Assembly (NCBI RefSeq): GCF_964355755.1
Contig: NC_092675.1
Coordinates: 10,473,812 to 10,537,811 of the forward strand
Origin: Antedon mediterranea
Lineage: Eukaryota; Animalia; Echinodermata
Length of the DNA stretch: 64,000 nt
Direction of reading: 5' to 3'
Each line of letters starts with the position of its first letter. The stretch's first letter is position 1. Shown here piece by piece: positions 48,301-62,934 of the stretch. The notes beneath the pieces are model-generated. The model was not told the origin of the DNA, searched no databases, and saw nothing but the letters and a program-made list of their open reading frames with translations. The position numbers and the translations under genes are program-made.

Positions 48301-49921
48301 CTGATATTGTTACTATTATATAATATTTTTTGAGGCAGCAATAAAAAAAAAATTAGAACAATTAATTTGAGTTATACTGTACTATGTTAGTTCAGGAGAT
48401 GAAGTGTGTGTGGGCAGAAACTAGTGTGTTGGAGGTTGGTGGTGTGAGGTGTATAGTTTAGTTGTCACTTTAAGATCTAAATTAGATGTTTTCTGAAGAA
48501 AAGAAGTAAGCGCATACGGTTTCAAACAACTCCAAGAAGATTCACACAAAAATAATTACTTTCCAATAAAGTAGTATAACAGTGTATATTACAGTACATT
48601 GAATAAACTCGAGCGGAATAATAACGCACATAAAAAAACATTCATTTTCTTTTCGAAAAGTGCCCTCTCTAATTTTCTATTAATTTATTAATAATTATTA
48701 TTAATTAATGAGTAATATGAACATATTTTTAACATTCAATGCTGGAAGCTGGTTCTACTCCTAACAAAGTTTCATATCTCCAAATTTCATCAACGTATTC
48801 AAAGCACTTCAATATTAAATATCACATTTAACATAAAAATTCGGGTTTTGGATAGAATTTTGCTTAAAAACATATACAAAAAACATCGATAAAAAATACT
48901 TTTCGTATTCAAAAACATTTGATACTTGGTATAAATGTTCACTATAGGTTGCTCTATTCACAGAAAAAAATTGCATTCATGAACGTTTTTTGTTGGTTGT
49001 TTTTTCAAAATAGTTATTAGCTTGAAAAAAATGAGTTGGAATTGTATGGTCTTTCATAAGTGTACATTTTGTAAAAACGTAAATTTAAAAAATCAGTGAT
49101 ATGGCTTGATTTGGTTTGCAATATGGATGGAGCAACCTATATTGAACATTTATTCCAAGTATCAAATGTTTTTGAATACGAAAAGTATTTTTTATCGATG
49201 TTTTTTGTATATGTTTTTAAGCAAAATTATATCCAAAACCTGAATTTGTAATGTTAAATGTAATTTATTTAAGTGCTTTGAATACGTTGATGAAATTTGG
49301 AGATATGAAACTTTGTTAGGAGTAGATACAGTTTCCAGCATTAAATTTTAAAAATATGTTCATATTACTCATTAATTGATAATAATTATTAATAAATTAA
49401 TAGAAAACTAGAGAGGGCACTTTTCGACAAGAAAATGAATGTTTTTTATGTGTGTTATTATTCCGCTCGAGTTTATTCAATGTACTGTAATATACACTGT
49501 TATACTATTTTATTGGAAAGTAATTATTTTTGTGTGAATCTTCTTGGAGTTGTTTGAAAGCGTATCCGCTTACTTCTTTTCTTCAGAAAACATCTAATTT
49601 AGGTCTTAAAGTGACAACTATACACCTCACACCACCAACCTCCAACACACTAGTTTCTGCCCACACACACTTCATCTCCTGAACTAACATAGTACAGTAT
49701 AAGTCAAATAAATTTTTTAATTTTTTTTATTGCTGCCTCAAAAAACATTATATAATAGTAACAATATCAGAAAGGTAGATAGGTATTGTAATAATTTTTA
49801 AATTTAAAAATGTTACAAAAAATATGAAATGAATATATGTTTATACATACATTATAAATGAAATACAGGGCCGTAACCAGGTTTGACGGCGGGGTGGATC
49901 GTTAAGTTGTTTAGTGGAACC

Positions 49922-51736
49922 CAGGGGCGGATCCAGGATATTGAAATAGGGGTGGCGTAGCTTTGCGAGCGAAGCGAGCAAACATTGGCTGGGGGCCAGG
50001 GGGCCGCCAAGGGCCCCCGGTCGGGATCCAGGGGCCGACGGCCCCTGGAAATTTTGGCGTTCTAGGGCATTGTAAGTCGTTTAAAACGATTTACAAACAT
50101 CTCATAATGTCATTTACCAAACACTCTTAAAGCTCGCAAATTACGACATGTGGAATATGCAGCTGATAGGCCTACTTACCTAGGGTACCAAAAGCAAGCT
50201 AACAACTTGCCTGTACTTTACATCTAAATTTTTACAACGCGACGATGTTTTTCACCTTTTAGTATTAGCTGACGCCTTCGATTCGCGCGAACAAATTCGC
50301 CTAGTGGAAAATCGGCTTATTATAAACTTGTCCTAGGCCGGTATTATTTTTGTACACGCGCGCCGGGTCGATCGCGGTCACTATACTTCGCATGCAGCTA
50401 AAGTAAAATGACGTCACGTTAAAGCGGGTCGTCACAGAGTCTCATGCATATGAAGCAAACTTGCTGAGAGTGTTTTCACCACGCAACACATGCGACGCGA
50501 GATTTTTTTTTAAACTCCGAGCCATCGACTGACGGTCATGTTTTTGACAATTCAAATCACGGCATATTCAACGACCTGGTTTAAACGATCGTTTAAAAAT
50601 TAGCGGTCCGGCTCGATTACATTATATTTAGTGATTTGAAAAAAACAAAACACCTCTTTTGTCATGATGTCATCGCGATGTGTTTATGAGAATCATCGAC
50701 GGGAAAGCAAATAAAACAACAAGGGTCATGAAATGCTGCAGCATTGTTAATATTTTAATAGTACAGTGGAACCTTCATTTTACGTACGGTACGGGACCAA
50801 AAGGCGTACGTAAAACACAGGATTCGTAAAATCAAGATTGACCTTAAATTGACCCCAAATACGTACAGATCGTAGCTACTGTATAAAGGCTACCGTTTTT
50901 GCCTACCTTCTTTACTGTACAGCATGCAGGTGGTCACTAGCTAGCAGGCCTAGCAAGATGTGAGGCCTAACTATGAAAGTACAGTATATACAGGCTGTGC
51001 GATATTTAAATAAAGTGTAAATTAAAATATCAATGTTCTTGTATTTTCCATCAATAAAAACAGTCGCTGCTGTAGGGGAATGCACATGTGTAGCTTGTTT
51101 CACACAGCAGAATTCCTCACACAGCCATTTTTATTATGCTTTGTTGTTGTTAAATTGCGCCCTCAATGTAAGAAAATGATGACGTCATGGGTTATTTTAG
51201 GCGTACGTAAAATTCAGGGAACGTAAAATCAGGGTACGTAAAACGAAGGTTCTACTGTAATACGTTTTAATAAAATTTAGCCCTAACGGGATAATTTTCA
51301 TAGGCACTATACAGTCCTAGCCTTTGTTTTTATTGTACTTAATAAATGGGCGCGTAGTATAGTAGCACTGATCATGTGGCTTCATCAACTCTATTGATCG
51401 TCTGAGGTACCGCTACTCTACAATACGGGAGTGACGATCACAAAGGATGCCGACCTGCTTAGTGGAACGCGACCAAGCTCACCACGTGGCTTTTATCAAC
51501 TTGCTCCTTTTACACTTAACTGTGAATGATCGTTGGTAACGCTAGAGATTGATAGTACACAAGATGTCGACGTACATGCTTGGTGGAATGCGATCAAGCT
51601 GACGATGTGCTCCGACGTACTATTTTCACTATGGAAATGTGCAAACCATCGGTGATTGATGACCGTCGAAACGATACGTGTTTTTAAAATCTATTTAATT
51701 TTTTTTAAAAATACGCCCCCGCTAGATCCGCCACTG
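49922..51736. mobile_element. Nested hAT-like element with 5-bp TSD
   Basis: CAGGGGCGGATCCAG / CTAGATCCGCCACTG; TSD GAACC (49917-49921, 51737-51741). Confidence 0.85.
50764..51257. mobile_element. pogo/Tigger-like MITE
   Basis: TA|CAGTGGAACCTTCATTTTACGTAC...GTACGTAAAACGAAGGTTCTACTG|TA. Confidence 0.88.
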
Positions 51737-54700
51737 GAACCATACCTTCGAATTTTTTTTCTCTATATAGGCCTATGGCCGCAAATCGCATTTCCGGCTA
51801 TTCTTTTTTGTTTATGAACTATATTGTTGGTGTAATTTCCAGCCCACAAATTTCAATTGCCGACCTTAATATTGCCGACCTTATATTGTCAGAGGACGGC
51901 ATTCTCTTGCCGACCGAAATTAGGCTAGATCCCTCCTCCTTTCAAGCCTCCTAGCAACAACATGGTACATTAGGGATCGTATCATTGAGACTTTAACAGG
52001 CATATTCACCATCATGTGGTGTTTAGGTAAAAAACCATGGAATTAAGATGATCCCTGAATTCACTCAACCATTGCATCTTGCACTTGCGTGTGAGCTGCA
52101 TGCTTTCTCTATCTATCAAGAAGCAGCTGGCTGGGCACGTCACACACGCGCGTGGAGACCTGTGTAGGGGAATACCCTGTTATGTCAACCAAACAACAAC
52201 TATGCTCTGTGTACAGCTCGCTAGCTCCAGAACCACGATGTTCAGCAGTTATCAAATAGAACTTATCTTGTAAATTTTAGTGTTAGGTTTTTATATTTCA
52301 GTTAAAATATATATATATATATTAATTAAATTTATTAAGGCTTGACTAGGCCTGTAGTGAACAATCGTCGTGTTGTGTTAGTATGCCCAGCAAAAAAAAG
52401 TGGGAGGCCAAGCGGAACTCGCTGTTCAGCGGGGGGGGATCGTACGATCCCCCCGATCCCCCCCTGGTTACGGGCCTGGAATATATTAACTACTGTTTTA
52501 GTAATGCATACACAAGTACAGAATATCAGAAATCAATGAATCATGTGTCTAAATGTGGCATTATTAGGCTAATTTGCTTTGAGAAAAACATTGATGCCAT
52601 TGGCCTATACAAAAATCAAGGCAATTAGACAAAATATTTACATAAACAATTAATACTAATATTGGTAGGCATAAAATAATAGTGTATATAAACTTTCCTT
52701 AAATAATAACAGTATAGGGCCTTACCAATTTATTTAATACATAATATATGAACTATATTACACAAAAAAAGTATAAATGAATTTATAAGGACATGATGAT
52801 TATCAAAAATAGTCAATATAATTAAATTTTAAACTCATTACCGGCATTATAAATAATATTTTAAAAAGATAAGAATGCAAGAAAATATCAGATTCATAGT
52901 CCTCATTATACACAATGATTTCCTACTATCACATATTAAAATATAAAACAATCATTTAGCCTTTAATGACTTTACATGGAGGTCTATTCAAATAAATTTA
53001 AATAAAAGGGTCATAATATGTCTTCGTCTCCAGTTCGTGGAAATTGAAGTTAGGATTCCATCATTTCAACAACAAAAAATATTCAAAATATCCTGTCAGT
53101 TTGCATTCAAGACCTGCAACCTGCTTAGTTTTTAATACGAGTACTGCTTTCTATACACATAACTTTGATTTCTGCAAAAAAAAACAAAACTCTGTAATAA
53201 TGTACTTTAATTACTGTAATAATCTAGGTATAGATTATGTTTACCGGGCCAGTGAGAGGGCGTTCGACTGTACTACCATAAGTCCTGTAGGTGTATACAA
53301 CTTATTTCTTGTCTACAAAGTGTATAGTAGTATGCTAATAGTACTATTATTAGATTAGGTAGTTGGGAGTAGTTTGGAGAGATACATCTATCTATAAAAG
53401 AGTACTGTATATATGGAACTATCTGTGTTAGCCGCCTTTGTATTTTTAGATATAATACCAATACTAAAAGTCCTATGTACTCTGTATGTTGGAGGAAATA
53501 CGCATAAGAGCAAATAAAGCCTTGACCACAGGGTGTAAGTCACTATTTTGAATCAGTAGTATGACTTCTTAAGAAGTAATTTAAAAATTATCATTGTATG
53601 ATCAAAAAGAAATATTATAATATCTAACTTTCTCCTTTATATAAATATATTATTTTATCCAAGGGGTTGCAAACACAAGTGTTCACATGTCTTGTTAAGT
53701 ATTGCACCTTTGTCCTGTCTTTATGTTGTCTGTAATGTCACTGCACTAACGGGTGACCGGTAAACGAGCTTCGCTCTTACGGTTATCCATCCATATAAGT
53801 TGTTCATCTCTTATGTTCAGAAATTGAAATGGTAAATAAACTGAAACTGAAACTGTGCTTATGTGGTACAGGTTGACGAGCCAGGAATGATGGTAGTGCC
53901 AGTATACCGTGTAGTTTAGCCTCAAGGCAATACCATGTAGCTGGAGTAGCTTGGACAAATACAGTAGAGATTTATGAGACTTGGTGTGTGATGATTCAGT
54001 ATGATAAATTTGTGCTGTGAAAGACAAAATTGTAGAATTAGGAAGAAAATATTGTAAAATATAACAAGGAAATTATACTATAGTATAATTAAAGGGTACC
54101 CGTATAATACATAATTAATAGTAATAAAGGCAATGGCAATTACTTATATTATGTATACATTACAATAATATTACAAATAAATTCATATATTATTTTATTA
54201 TGATAAGGAAATCTGTTTTAGAATGAGAAAAAGCCGTCCCAACCCAGATTTGAACCCAGCTATCAATAAAGCTATAAAACAAAATAGACCATATTGTAGC
54301 CGGACTGGGTAGCGTAGACTTACTTGAGGCCTAGGCATAGTACAATTAGCTAGAAGGATACAGGTCAACCCGTACCCATGCCATGCCAACACGCTCGTAC
54401 CCAAATTTTGGTTTACATATATCCAAAATTTTGGCTTACTCGTACCCATCATGGGCTGCCTAGTAGTAGTAGTAGTAGTAGCCTAGCCTAAGGCAGCAGG
54501 CCCGGCCCTAGCCTACTACAACTTAAGTCTAGGCCTAGCCTAGTACTAGTAGGCCTCTAGGCCTAGCCTAGGCCTAGGCCCTAGTAGTTAACATCATACA
54601 TACGCCCTAGAGCCTAGTAGTAGCTACCTACTACTCACTAGCTAGGCCTAGGTAGTAGCAGTAGTAGTTATTGTAGTAGTATTATTGTATTGTAGTATTA

Positions 54701-57700
54701 GTTGTAGCTGTCCGGTGATCCTTGGTCACTTGTCTAGATCCCCTAGGCTAGGCCTAGTACGTAGTTATTCTTCAACAGTCACAATTCAGATTCTGCCGGC
54801 CGCTGATTGCTAGTGAACAGGGGGAGGGAGAGAAAGAGTTAGAAGAACTGAAATAAGCCGTGACGTATAATAAACATCATACAAAATAATAATATAACTA
54901 ACGAATCCGTATAATATAATAATGTTGTATGTTATAAAGTAAAGTAAATGCGTTTAATATAATACAATTATATTATAATATAATGTATTTTATTAATAAT
55001 ATAATATTAAATGTTCATAATATAATGCTAAAACCAAATAATATAATACAAAAAGTCAATAATTTGTTACATTTTTCACATAATATATTAGAAATAGATA
55101 TAATATAATGCTAAAACCAAGTAATATAATGCAAAACGTATAATTCATTACAATACAATATATAATATAATTAAAAAATGATATAATAATATAATATTTT
55201 GAATACTTCAGACAGCTGAGGCTTGCCATACTGAAGTATTCAAAATATTATATTATTATATCATTTTTTTATTATATTATATATTGTATTGTAATGAATT
55301 ATACATTTTGCATTATATTACTTGGTTTTAGCATTATATTATATCTATTTCTAATATATTATGTGAAAAATGTAACAAATTATTGACTTTTTGTATTATA
55401 TTATTTGGTTTTAGCATTATATTATGAACATTTAATATTATATTATTAATAAAATACATTATATTATAATATAATTGTATTATATTAAACGCATTTACTT
55501 TACTTTATAACATACAACATTATTATATTATACGGATTCGTTAGTTATATTATTATGTTGTACATGTTTATTATACGTCACGGCTTATTTCAGTTCTTCT
55601 AACTCTTTCTCTCCCTCCCCCTGTTCACTAGCAATCAGCGGCCGGCAGAATCTGAATTGTGACTGTTGAAGAATAACTACGTACTAGGCCTAGCCTAGGC
55701 CTACTAGGGGATCTAGACAAGTGACCAAGGATCACCGGACAGCTACAACTAATACTACAATACAATAATACTACTACAATAACTACTACTGCTACTACCT
55801 AGGCCTAGCTAGTGAGTAGTAGGTAGCTACTACTAGGCTCTAGGGCGTATGTATGATGTTAACTACTAGGTAGGGCTAGGCCTAACTAGAGGCCTACTAG
55901 TACTAGGCTAGGCCTAGACTTAAGTTGTAGTAGGCTAGGGCCGGGCCTGCTGCCTTAGGCTAGGCTACTACTACTACTAATACTACTAGGCAGCCCATGA
56001 TGGGTACGAGTAAGCCAAAATTTTGGATACTGTATATGTAAACCAAAATTTGGGTACGAGCGTGTTGGCATGGCATGCGTACGGGTTAACCTGTATCCTT
56101 CTAGCTAATCGTACTATGCCTAGGCCTCAAGTAAGTCTACGCTACCCAGTCCGGCTACAATATGGTCTATTTTGTTTTATAGCTTTATTGATAGCTGGGT
56201 TCAAATCTGGGTTGGGACGGCTTTTTCTCATTCTAAAACAGATTTCCTTATAATAAAATAATATATGAATTTATTTGTAATATTGTAATGTATACATAAT
56301 ATAAGTAATTGCCATTGCCTTTATTACTATTAATTATGTATTAATAATTATACGGTTACCCCTTAATTATACTATATTATAATTTCATTGTTATATTTTA
56401 CAATATTTTCTTCCTAATTCTACAATTTTGTCTTTCACAGCACAAATTTATCATACTGAATCATCACACACCAAGTCTCATAAATCTCTACTGTATTTGT
56501 CCAAGCTACTCCAGCTACATGGTATTGCCTTGAGGCTAAATTACACGGTATACTGGCACTACCATCATTCCTGGCTCGTCAACCTGTACCACATAAGCAC
56601 AGTTTCAGTTTCAGTTTATTTACCATTTCAATTTCTGAACATAAGAGATGAACAACTTATATGGATGGATAACCGTAAGAGCGAAGCTCGTTTACCGGTC
56701 ACCCGTTAGTGCAGTGACATTACAGACAACATAAAGACAGGACAAAGGTGCAATACTTAACAAGACATGTGAACACTTGTGTTTGCAACCCCTTGGATAA
56801 AATAATATATTTATATAATGGAGAAAGTTAGATATTATAATATTTCTTTTTGATCATACAATGATAATTTTTAAATTACTTCTTAAGAAGTCATACTACT
56901 GATTCAAAATAGTGACTTACACCCTGTGGTCAAGGCTTTCTTTGCTCTTATGCTTATTTCCTCCAACATACAGAGTACATAGGACTTTTTTTATTCATAA
57001 CTGTTGAATTGTTTCCCAATACATAGTACCTATTGGTATTATATCTAAAAATACAAAGGCGGCTAACACAGATAGTTCCATATATACAGTACTCTTTTAT
57101 AAATAAATGTATCTCTCCAAACTACTCCCAACTACCTAATCTAATAATAGTACTATTAGCATACTACTATACACTTTGTAGACAAGAAATAAGTTGTATA
57201 CACTAGAGGACTTATGGTAGTACAGTCGATCGCCCTCTAACTGGCCCGGTCAACATAATCTATACCTAGATTATTACAGTAATTAAAGTACATTATTACA
57301 GAGTTTTTTTTTTTTTGCAGAAATCAAAGTTATGTGTATAGAAAGCAGTACTCGTATTAAAAACTAAGCAGGTTTTTGAACGCAAACTGGCAGGATATTT
57401 TGAATATTTTTTGTTGTTGAAACGATGGAATCCTAACTTCAATTTCCACGAACCCTTTTATTTAAATTTATTTGAATAGACCTCCATGTAAACTCATTAA
57501 AGGCTACATGATTGTTTTATATTTTAATATGTGATAGTAGAAAATCATTGTGTATAATGAGGACTATGAATCTGATATTTACTTGCATTCTCATCTTTTT
57601 AAATTATTATTTATAATGCCGGTAATGAGTTTAAAATTTAATTATATTGACTATTTTTGATAATCATCATGTCCTTATAAATTCATTTATATTTCTTTTG

Positions 57701-60700
57701 TGTAATATAGTTCATATATTATGTATTAAGTAAATTGGTAAGGCCCTATACTGTTACTATTTAAGGAAAGTTTATATACACTATTATTTTATGCCTACCA
57801 ATATTAGTATTAATTGTTTATGTAAATATTTTGTCTAATTGCCTTGATTTTTTGTATAGGCCAATGGCATCAATGTTTTTCTCAAAGCAAATTAGCCTAA
57901 TAATGCCACATTTAGACACATGATTCATTGATTTCTGATATTCTGTACTTGTGTATGCATTACTAAAATAGTAGTTAATATATTTCATTTATAATGTATG
58001 TATAAACATATATTCATATTTTTTTAAACATTTTTAAATTTAAAAATTATTACAATACCTATCTACCTTTCTGATATTGTTACTATTATATATTATTTTT
58101 TGAGGCAGCAATAAAAAAAAAATTAGAACAATTAATTTGAGTTATACTGTACTATGTTAGTTCAGGAGATGAAGTGTGTGTGGGCAGAAACTAGTGTGTT
58201 GGAGGTTGGTGGTGTGAGGTGTATAGTTGTCACTTTAAGATCTAAATTAGATGTTTTCTGAAGAAAAGAAGTAAGCGCATACGCTTTCAAACAACTCCAA
58301 GAAGATTCACACAAAAATAATTACTTTCCAATAAAGTAGTATAACAGTGTATATTACAGTACATTGAATAAACTCGAGCGGAATAATAACGCACATAAAA
58401 AAACATTCATTTTCTTTTCGAAAAGTGCCCTCTCTAGTTTTCTATTAATTTATTAATAATTATTATTAATTAATGAGTAATATGAACATATTTTTAACAT
58501 TCAATGCTGGAAGCTGGTTCTACTCCTAACAAAGTTTCATATCTCCAAATTTCATCAACGTATTCAAAGCACTTCAATATTAAATATCACATTTAACATA
58601 AAAATTCGGGTTTTGGATAGAATTTTGCTTAAAAACATATACAAAAAACATCGATAAAAAATACTTTTCGTATTCAAAAACATTTGATACTTGGTATAAA
58701 TGTTCACTATAGGTTGCTCTATTCACAGAAAAAAAATTGCATTCATGAACGTTTTTTGTTGGTTGTTTTTTCAAAATAGTTATTAGCTTGAAAAAAACGA
58801 GTTGGAATTGTATGGTCTTTCATAAGTGTACATTTTGTAAAAACGTAAATTTAAAAAATCAGTGATATGGCTTGATAGTTATTTTTGGTTTGCAATATGG
58901 ATGGAGCAACCTATATTGAACATTTATACCAAGTATAAAATGTTTTTGAATACGAAAAGTATTTTTTATCGATGTTTTTTGTATATGTTTTTAAGCAAAA
59001 TTATATCCAAAACCTGAATTTGTAATGTTAAATGTAATTTATTTAAGTGCTTTGAATACGTTGATGAAATTTGGAGATATGAAACTTTGTTAGGAGTAGA
59101 TACAGTTTCCAGCATTAAATTTTAAAAATATGTTCATATTACTCATTAATTGATAATAATTATTAATAAATTAATAGAAAACTAGAGAGGGCACTTTTCG
59201 ACAAGAAAATGAATGTTTTTTTATGTGTGTTATTATTCCGCTCGAGTTTATTCAATGTACTGTAATATACACTGTTATACTATTTTATTGGAAAGTAATT
59301 ATTTTTGTGTGAATCTTCTTGGAGTTGTTTGAAAGCGTATCCGCTTACTTCTTTTCTTCAGAAAACATCTAATTTAGGTCTTAAAGTGACAACTATACAC
59401 CTCACACCATCAACCTCCAACACACTAGTTTCTGCTCACACACACTTCATCTCCTGAACTAACATAGTACAGTATAAGTCAAATAAATTTTTTAATTTTT
59501 TTTTATTGCTGCCTCCAAAAATATTATATAATAGTAACAATATCAGAAAGGTAGATAGGTATTGTAATCATTTTTAAATTTAAAAATGTTAAAAAAAATA
59601 TGAATATATGTTTATACATACATTATAAATGAAATATATTAACTACTATTTTAGTAATGCATACACAAGTACAGAATATCAGAAATCAATGAATCATGTG
59701 TCTAAATGTGGCATTATTAGGCTAATTTGCTTTGAGAAAAACATTGATGCCATTGGCCTATACAAAAATCAAGGCAATTAGACAAAATATTTACATAAAC
59801 AATTAATACTAATATTGGTAGGCATAAAATAATAGTGTATATAAACTTTCCTTAAATAATAACAGTATAGGGCCTTACCAATTTATTTAATACATAATAT
59901 ATAAATAGTCAATATAATTAAATTTTAAACTCATTACCGGCATTATAAATAATATTTTAAAAAGATAAGAATGCAAGTAAATATCAGATTCATAGTCCTC
60001 ATTATACACAATGATTTCCTACTATCACATATTAAAATATAAAACAATCATGTAGCCTTTAATTTCTTTACATGGAGGTCTATTCAAATAAATTTAAATA
60101 AAAGGGTCATAATATGTCTTCGTCTCCAGTTCGTGGAAATTGAAGTTAGGATTCCATCATTTCAACAACAAAAAATATTCAAAATATCCTGCCAGTTTGC
60201 ATTCAAGACCTGCAACCTGCTTAGTTTTTAATACGAGTACTGCTTTCTATACACATAACTTTGATTTCTGCAAAAAAAAAAAAAACTCTGTAATAATGTA
60301 CTTTAAATACTGTAATAATCTAGGTATAGATTATGTTGACCGGGCCAGTTAGAGGGCGTTCGACTGTACTACCATAAGTCCTGTAGGTGTATACAACTTA
60401 TTTCTTGTCTACAAAGTGTATAGTAGTATGCTAATGGTACTATTATTAGATTAGGTAGTTGGGAGTAGTTTGGAGAGATACATCTATCTATAAAAGAGTA
60501 CTGTATATATGGAACTATCTGTGTTAGCCGCCTTTGTATTTTTAGATATAATACCAATAGGTACTATGTATTGGGAAACAATTCAACAGTTATGAATAAA
60601 AAAAGTCCTATGTACTCTGTATGTTGGAGGAAATACGCATAAGAGCAAATAAAGCCTTGACCACAGGGTGTAAGTCACTATTTTGAATCAGTAGTATGAC

Positions 60701-62934
60701 TTCTTAAGAAGTAATTTAAAAATTATCATTGTATGATCAAAAAGAAATATTATAATATCTAACTTTCTCCTTTATATAATAAATATATTATTTTATCCAA
60801 GGGGTGGCAAACACAAGTGTTCACATGTCTTGTTAAGTATTGCACCTTTGTCCTGTCTTTATGTTTTCTGTAATGTCACTGCACTAACGGGTGACCGGTA
60901 AACGAGCTCCGCTCTTACGGTTATCCATCCATATAAGTTGTTCATCTCTTATGTTCAGAAATTGAAATGGTAAATAAACTGAAACTGTGCTTATGTGGTA
61001 CAGGTTGACGAGCCAGGAATGATGGTAGTGCCAGTATACCGTGTAGTTTAGCCTCAAGGCAATACCATGTAGCTGGAGTAGCTTGGACAAATACAGTAGA
61101 GATTTATGAGACTTGGTGTGTGATGATTCAGTATGATAAATTTGTGCTGTGAAAGACAAAATTGTAGAATTAGGAAGAAAATATTGTAAAATATAACAAG
61201 GAAATTATACTATAGTATAATTAAGGAGTAACCGTATAATACATAATTAATAGTAATAAAGGCAATGGCAATTACTTATATTATGTATACATTACAATAA
61301 TATTACAAATAAATTCATATATTATTTTATTATGATAAGGAAATCTGTTTTAGAATGAGAAAAAGTCGTCCCAACCCAGATTTGAACCCAGCTATCAATA
61401 AAGCTATAAAACAAAATAGACCATATTGTAGCCGGACTGGGTAGCGTAGACTTACTTGAGGCCTAGGCATAGTACGATTAGCTAGAAGGATACAGGTCAA
61501 CCCGTACGCATGCCATGCCAACACGCTCGTACCCAAATTTTGGTTTACATATATCCAAAATTTTGGCTTACTCGTACCCATCATGGGCTGCCTAGTAGTA
61601 GTAGTAGTAGTAGTAGCCTAGCCTAAGGCAGCAGGCCCGGCCCTAGCCTACTACAACTTAAGTCTAGGCCTAGCCTAGTACTAGTAGGCCTCTAGGCCTA
61701 GCCTAGGCCCTAGTAGTTAACATCATACATACGCCCTAGAGCCTAGTATATTCCTACCTACTACTCACTAGCTAGGCCTAGGTAGTAGCAGTAGTAGTTA
61801 TTGTAGTAGTATTATTGTATTGTAGTATTAGTTGTAGCTGTCCGGTGATCCTTGGTCACTTGTCTAGATCCCCTAGTAGGCCTAGGCTAGGCCTAGTACG
61901 TAGTTATTCTTCAACAGTCACAATTCAGATTCTGCCGGCCGCTGATTGCTAGTGAACAGGGGGAGGGAGAGAAAGAGTTAGAAGAACTGAAATAAGCCGT
62001 GACGTATAATAAACATCATACAAAATAATAATATAACTAACGAATCCGTATAATATAATAATGTTGTATGTTATAAAGTAAAGTAAATGCGTTTAATATA
62101 ATACAATTATATTATAATATAATGTATTTTATTAATAATATAATATTAAATGTTCATAATATAATGCTAAAACCAAATAATATAATACAAAAAGTCAATA
62201 ATTTGTTACATTTTTCACATAATATATTAGAAATAGATATAATATAATGCTAAAACCAAGTAATATAATGCAAAACGTATAATTCATTACAATACAATAT
62301 ATAATATAATAAAAAAATGATATAATAATATAATATTTTGAATACTTCAGACAGCTGAGGCTTGCCATATGGTATAATAATTGTTGTGCTATATTATTAC
62401 ACTGTTGTAATACTATTTATATTCATTTATAATTGGAAACTTTGTATAGTGATTGCATATGCATCATTTAAGTGTAGGCCTAAAGCTTGAAATGATATAA
62501 CTGAATTTTGTTTATGTTATGATTTTTTAAACAATGCGAATTTTTTTTTTTTTTTTTTTTTTTTTTTTCAGAGGAATGTTGCAGCGCCCATGTGGCGGCT
62601 CTATATTGCTCTGTGCATAACAACTTCGTATCTGTTTGCAGATGGTTTTTTTCATCAAATAAGTTTTACTGGATGCTGGAATAGCAAATATTCACAAATT
62701 TCTTATGTGGAAATAATCGTATCTTGGAGTAAATCGCAGTTGTTTTTCTTGTTGTTTCCTGAAGTTCAGCTAGGCCCTGCTTGTGCCTTTATTGTTTTAA
62801 TTCAAACTCATCACTGCCCAAGAACAATGGTCTACTAGCATCAGTGGGAAGCTAGCCCTGTACTTTCAATCTGACTGTGCATATTGTTATGTAAATGACC
62901 TTGTACACCTCATGCTTGAAGATCTGCTGTTGTC

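Larger units (their letters stand above)
49866..52478. mobile_element. Non-autonomous hAT-like element with 5-bp TSD
   Basis: CAGGGCCGTAACCAGG / CCTGGTTACGGGCCTG; flanks AAATA / GAATA; empty site visible in copy C near 59630. Confidence 0.8.
45436..55230. mobile_element. Giant palindromic element copy B, nested in the left terminus of copy C
   Basis: TATGG...CCATA ends; 6-bp TSD CTGAAG (45430-45435, 55231-55236); spacer ~48961-49123. Confidence 0.88.
45411..62369. mobile_element. Giant palindromic element copy C (45411-45435 plus 55237-62369), IS3EU-like termini
   Basis: TATGG...CCATA ends; 6-bp TSD TGGTAT (45405-45410, 62370-62375); arms ~3.5 kb around a ~175-bp spacer near 58725-58900. 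Confidence 0.88.

Noticed and set aside
39063-61584. Repeated short ORFs (MMGTSKPK, MSFTAQIY, MVLYLKIQ, MKLGF) as a multigene family
   Set aside because: They recur only because the palindrome arms are copies; several use non-ATG starts, some copies are frameshifted, and no domain is recognisable.
38254-62369. Fold-back read or assembly artefact
   Set aside because: Arms carry consistent distinguishing variants and independent nested insertions with their own TSDs; still worth read-level confirmation.
38254-62369. Polinton/Maverick or Crypton assignment
   Set aside because: No polB, integrase, capsid or tyrosine recombinase ORFs; ends are not AG..CT; ends are inverted with TSDs, unlike Cryptons.
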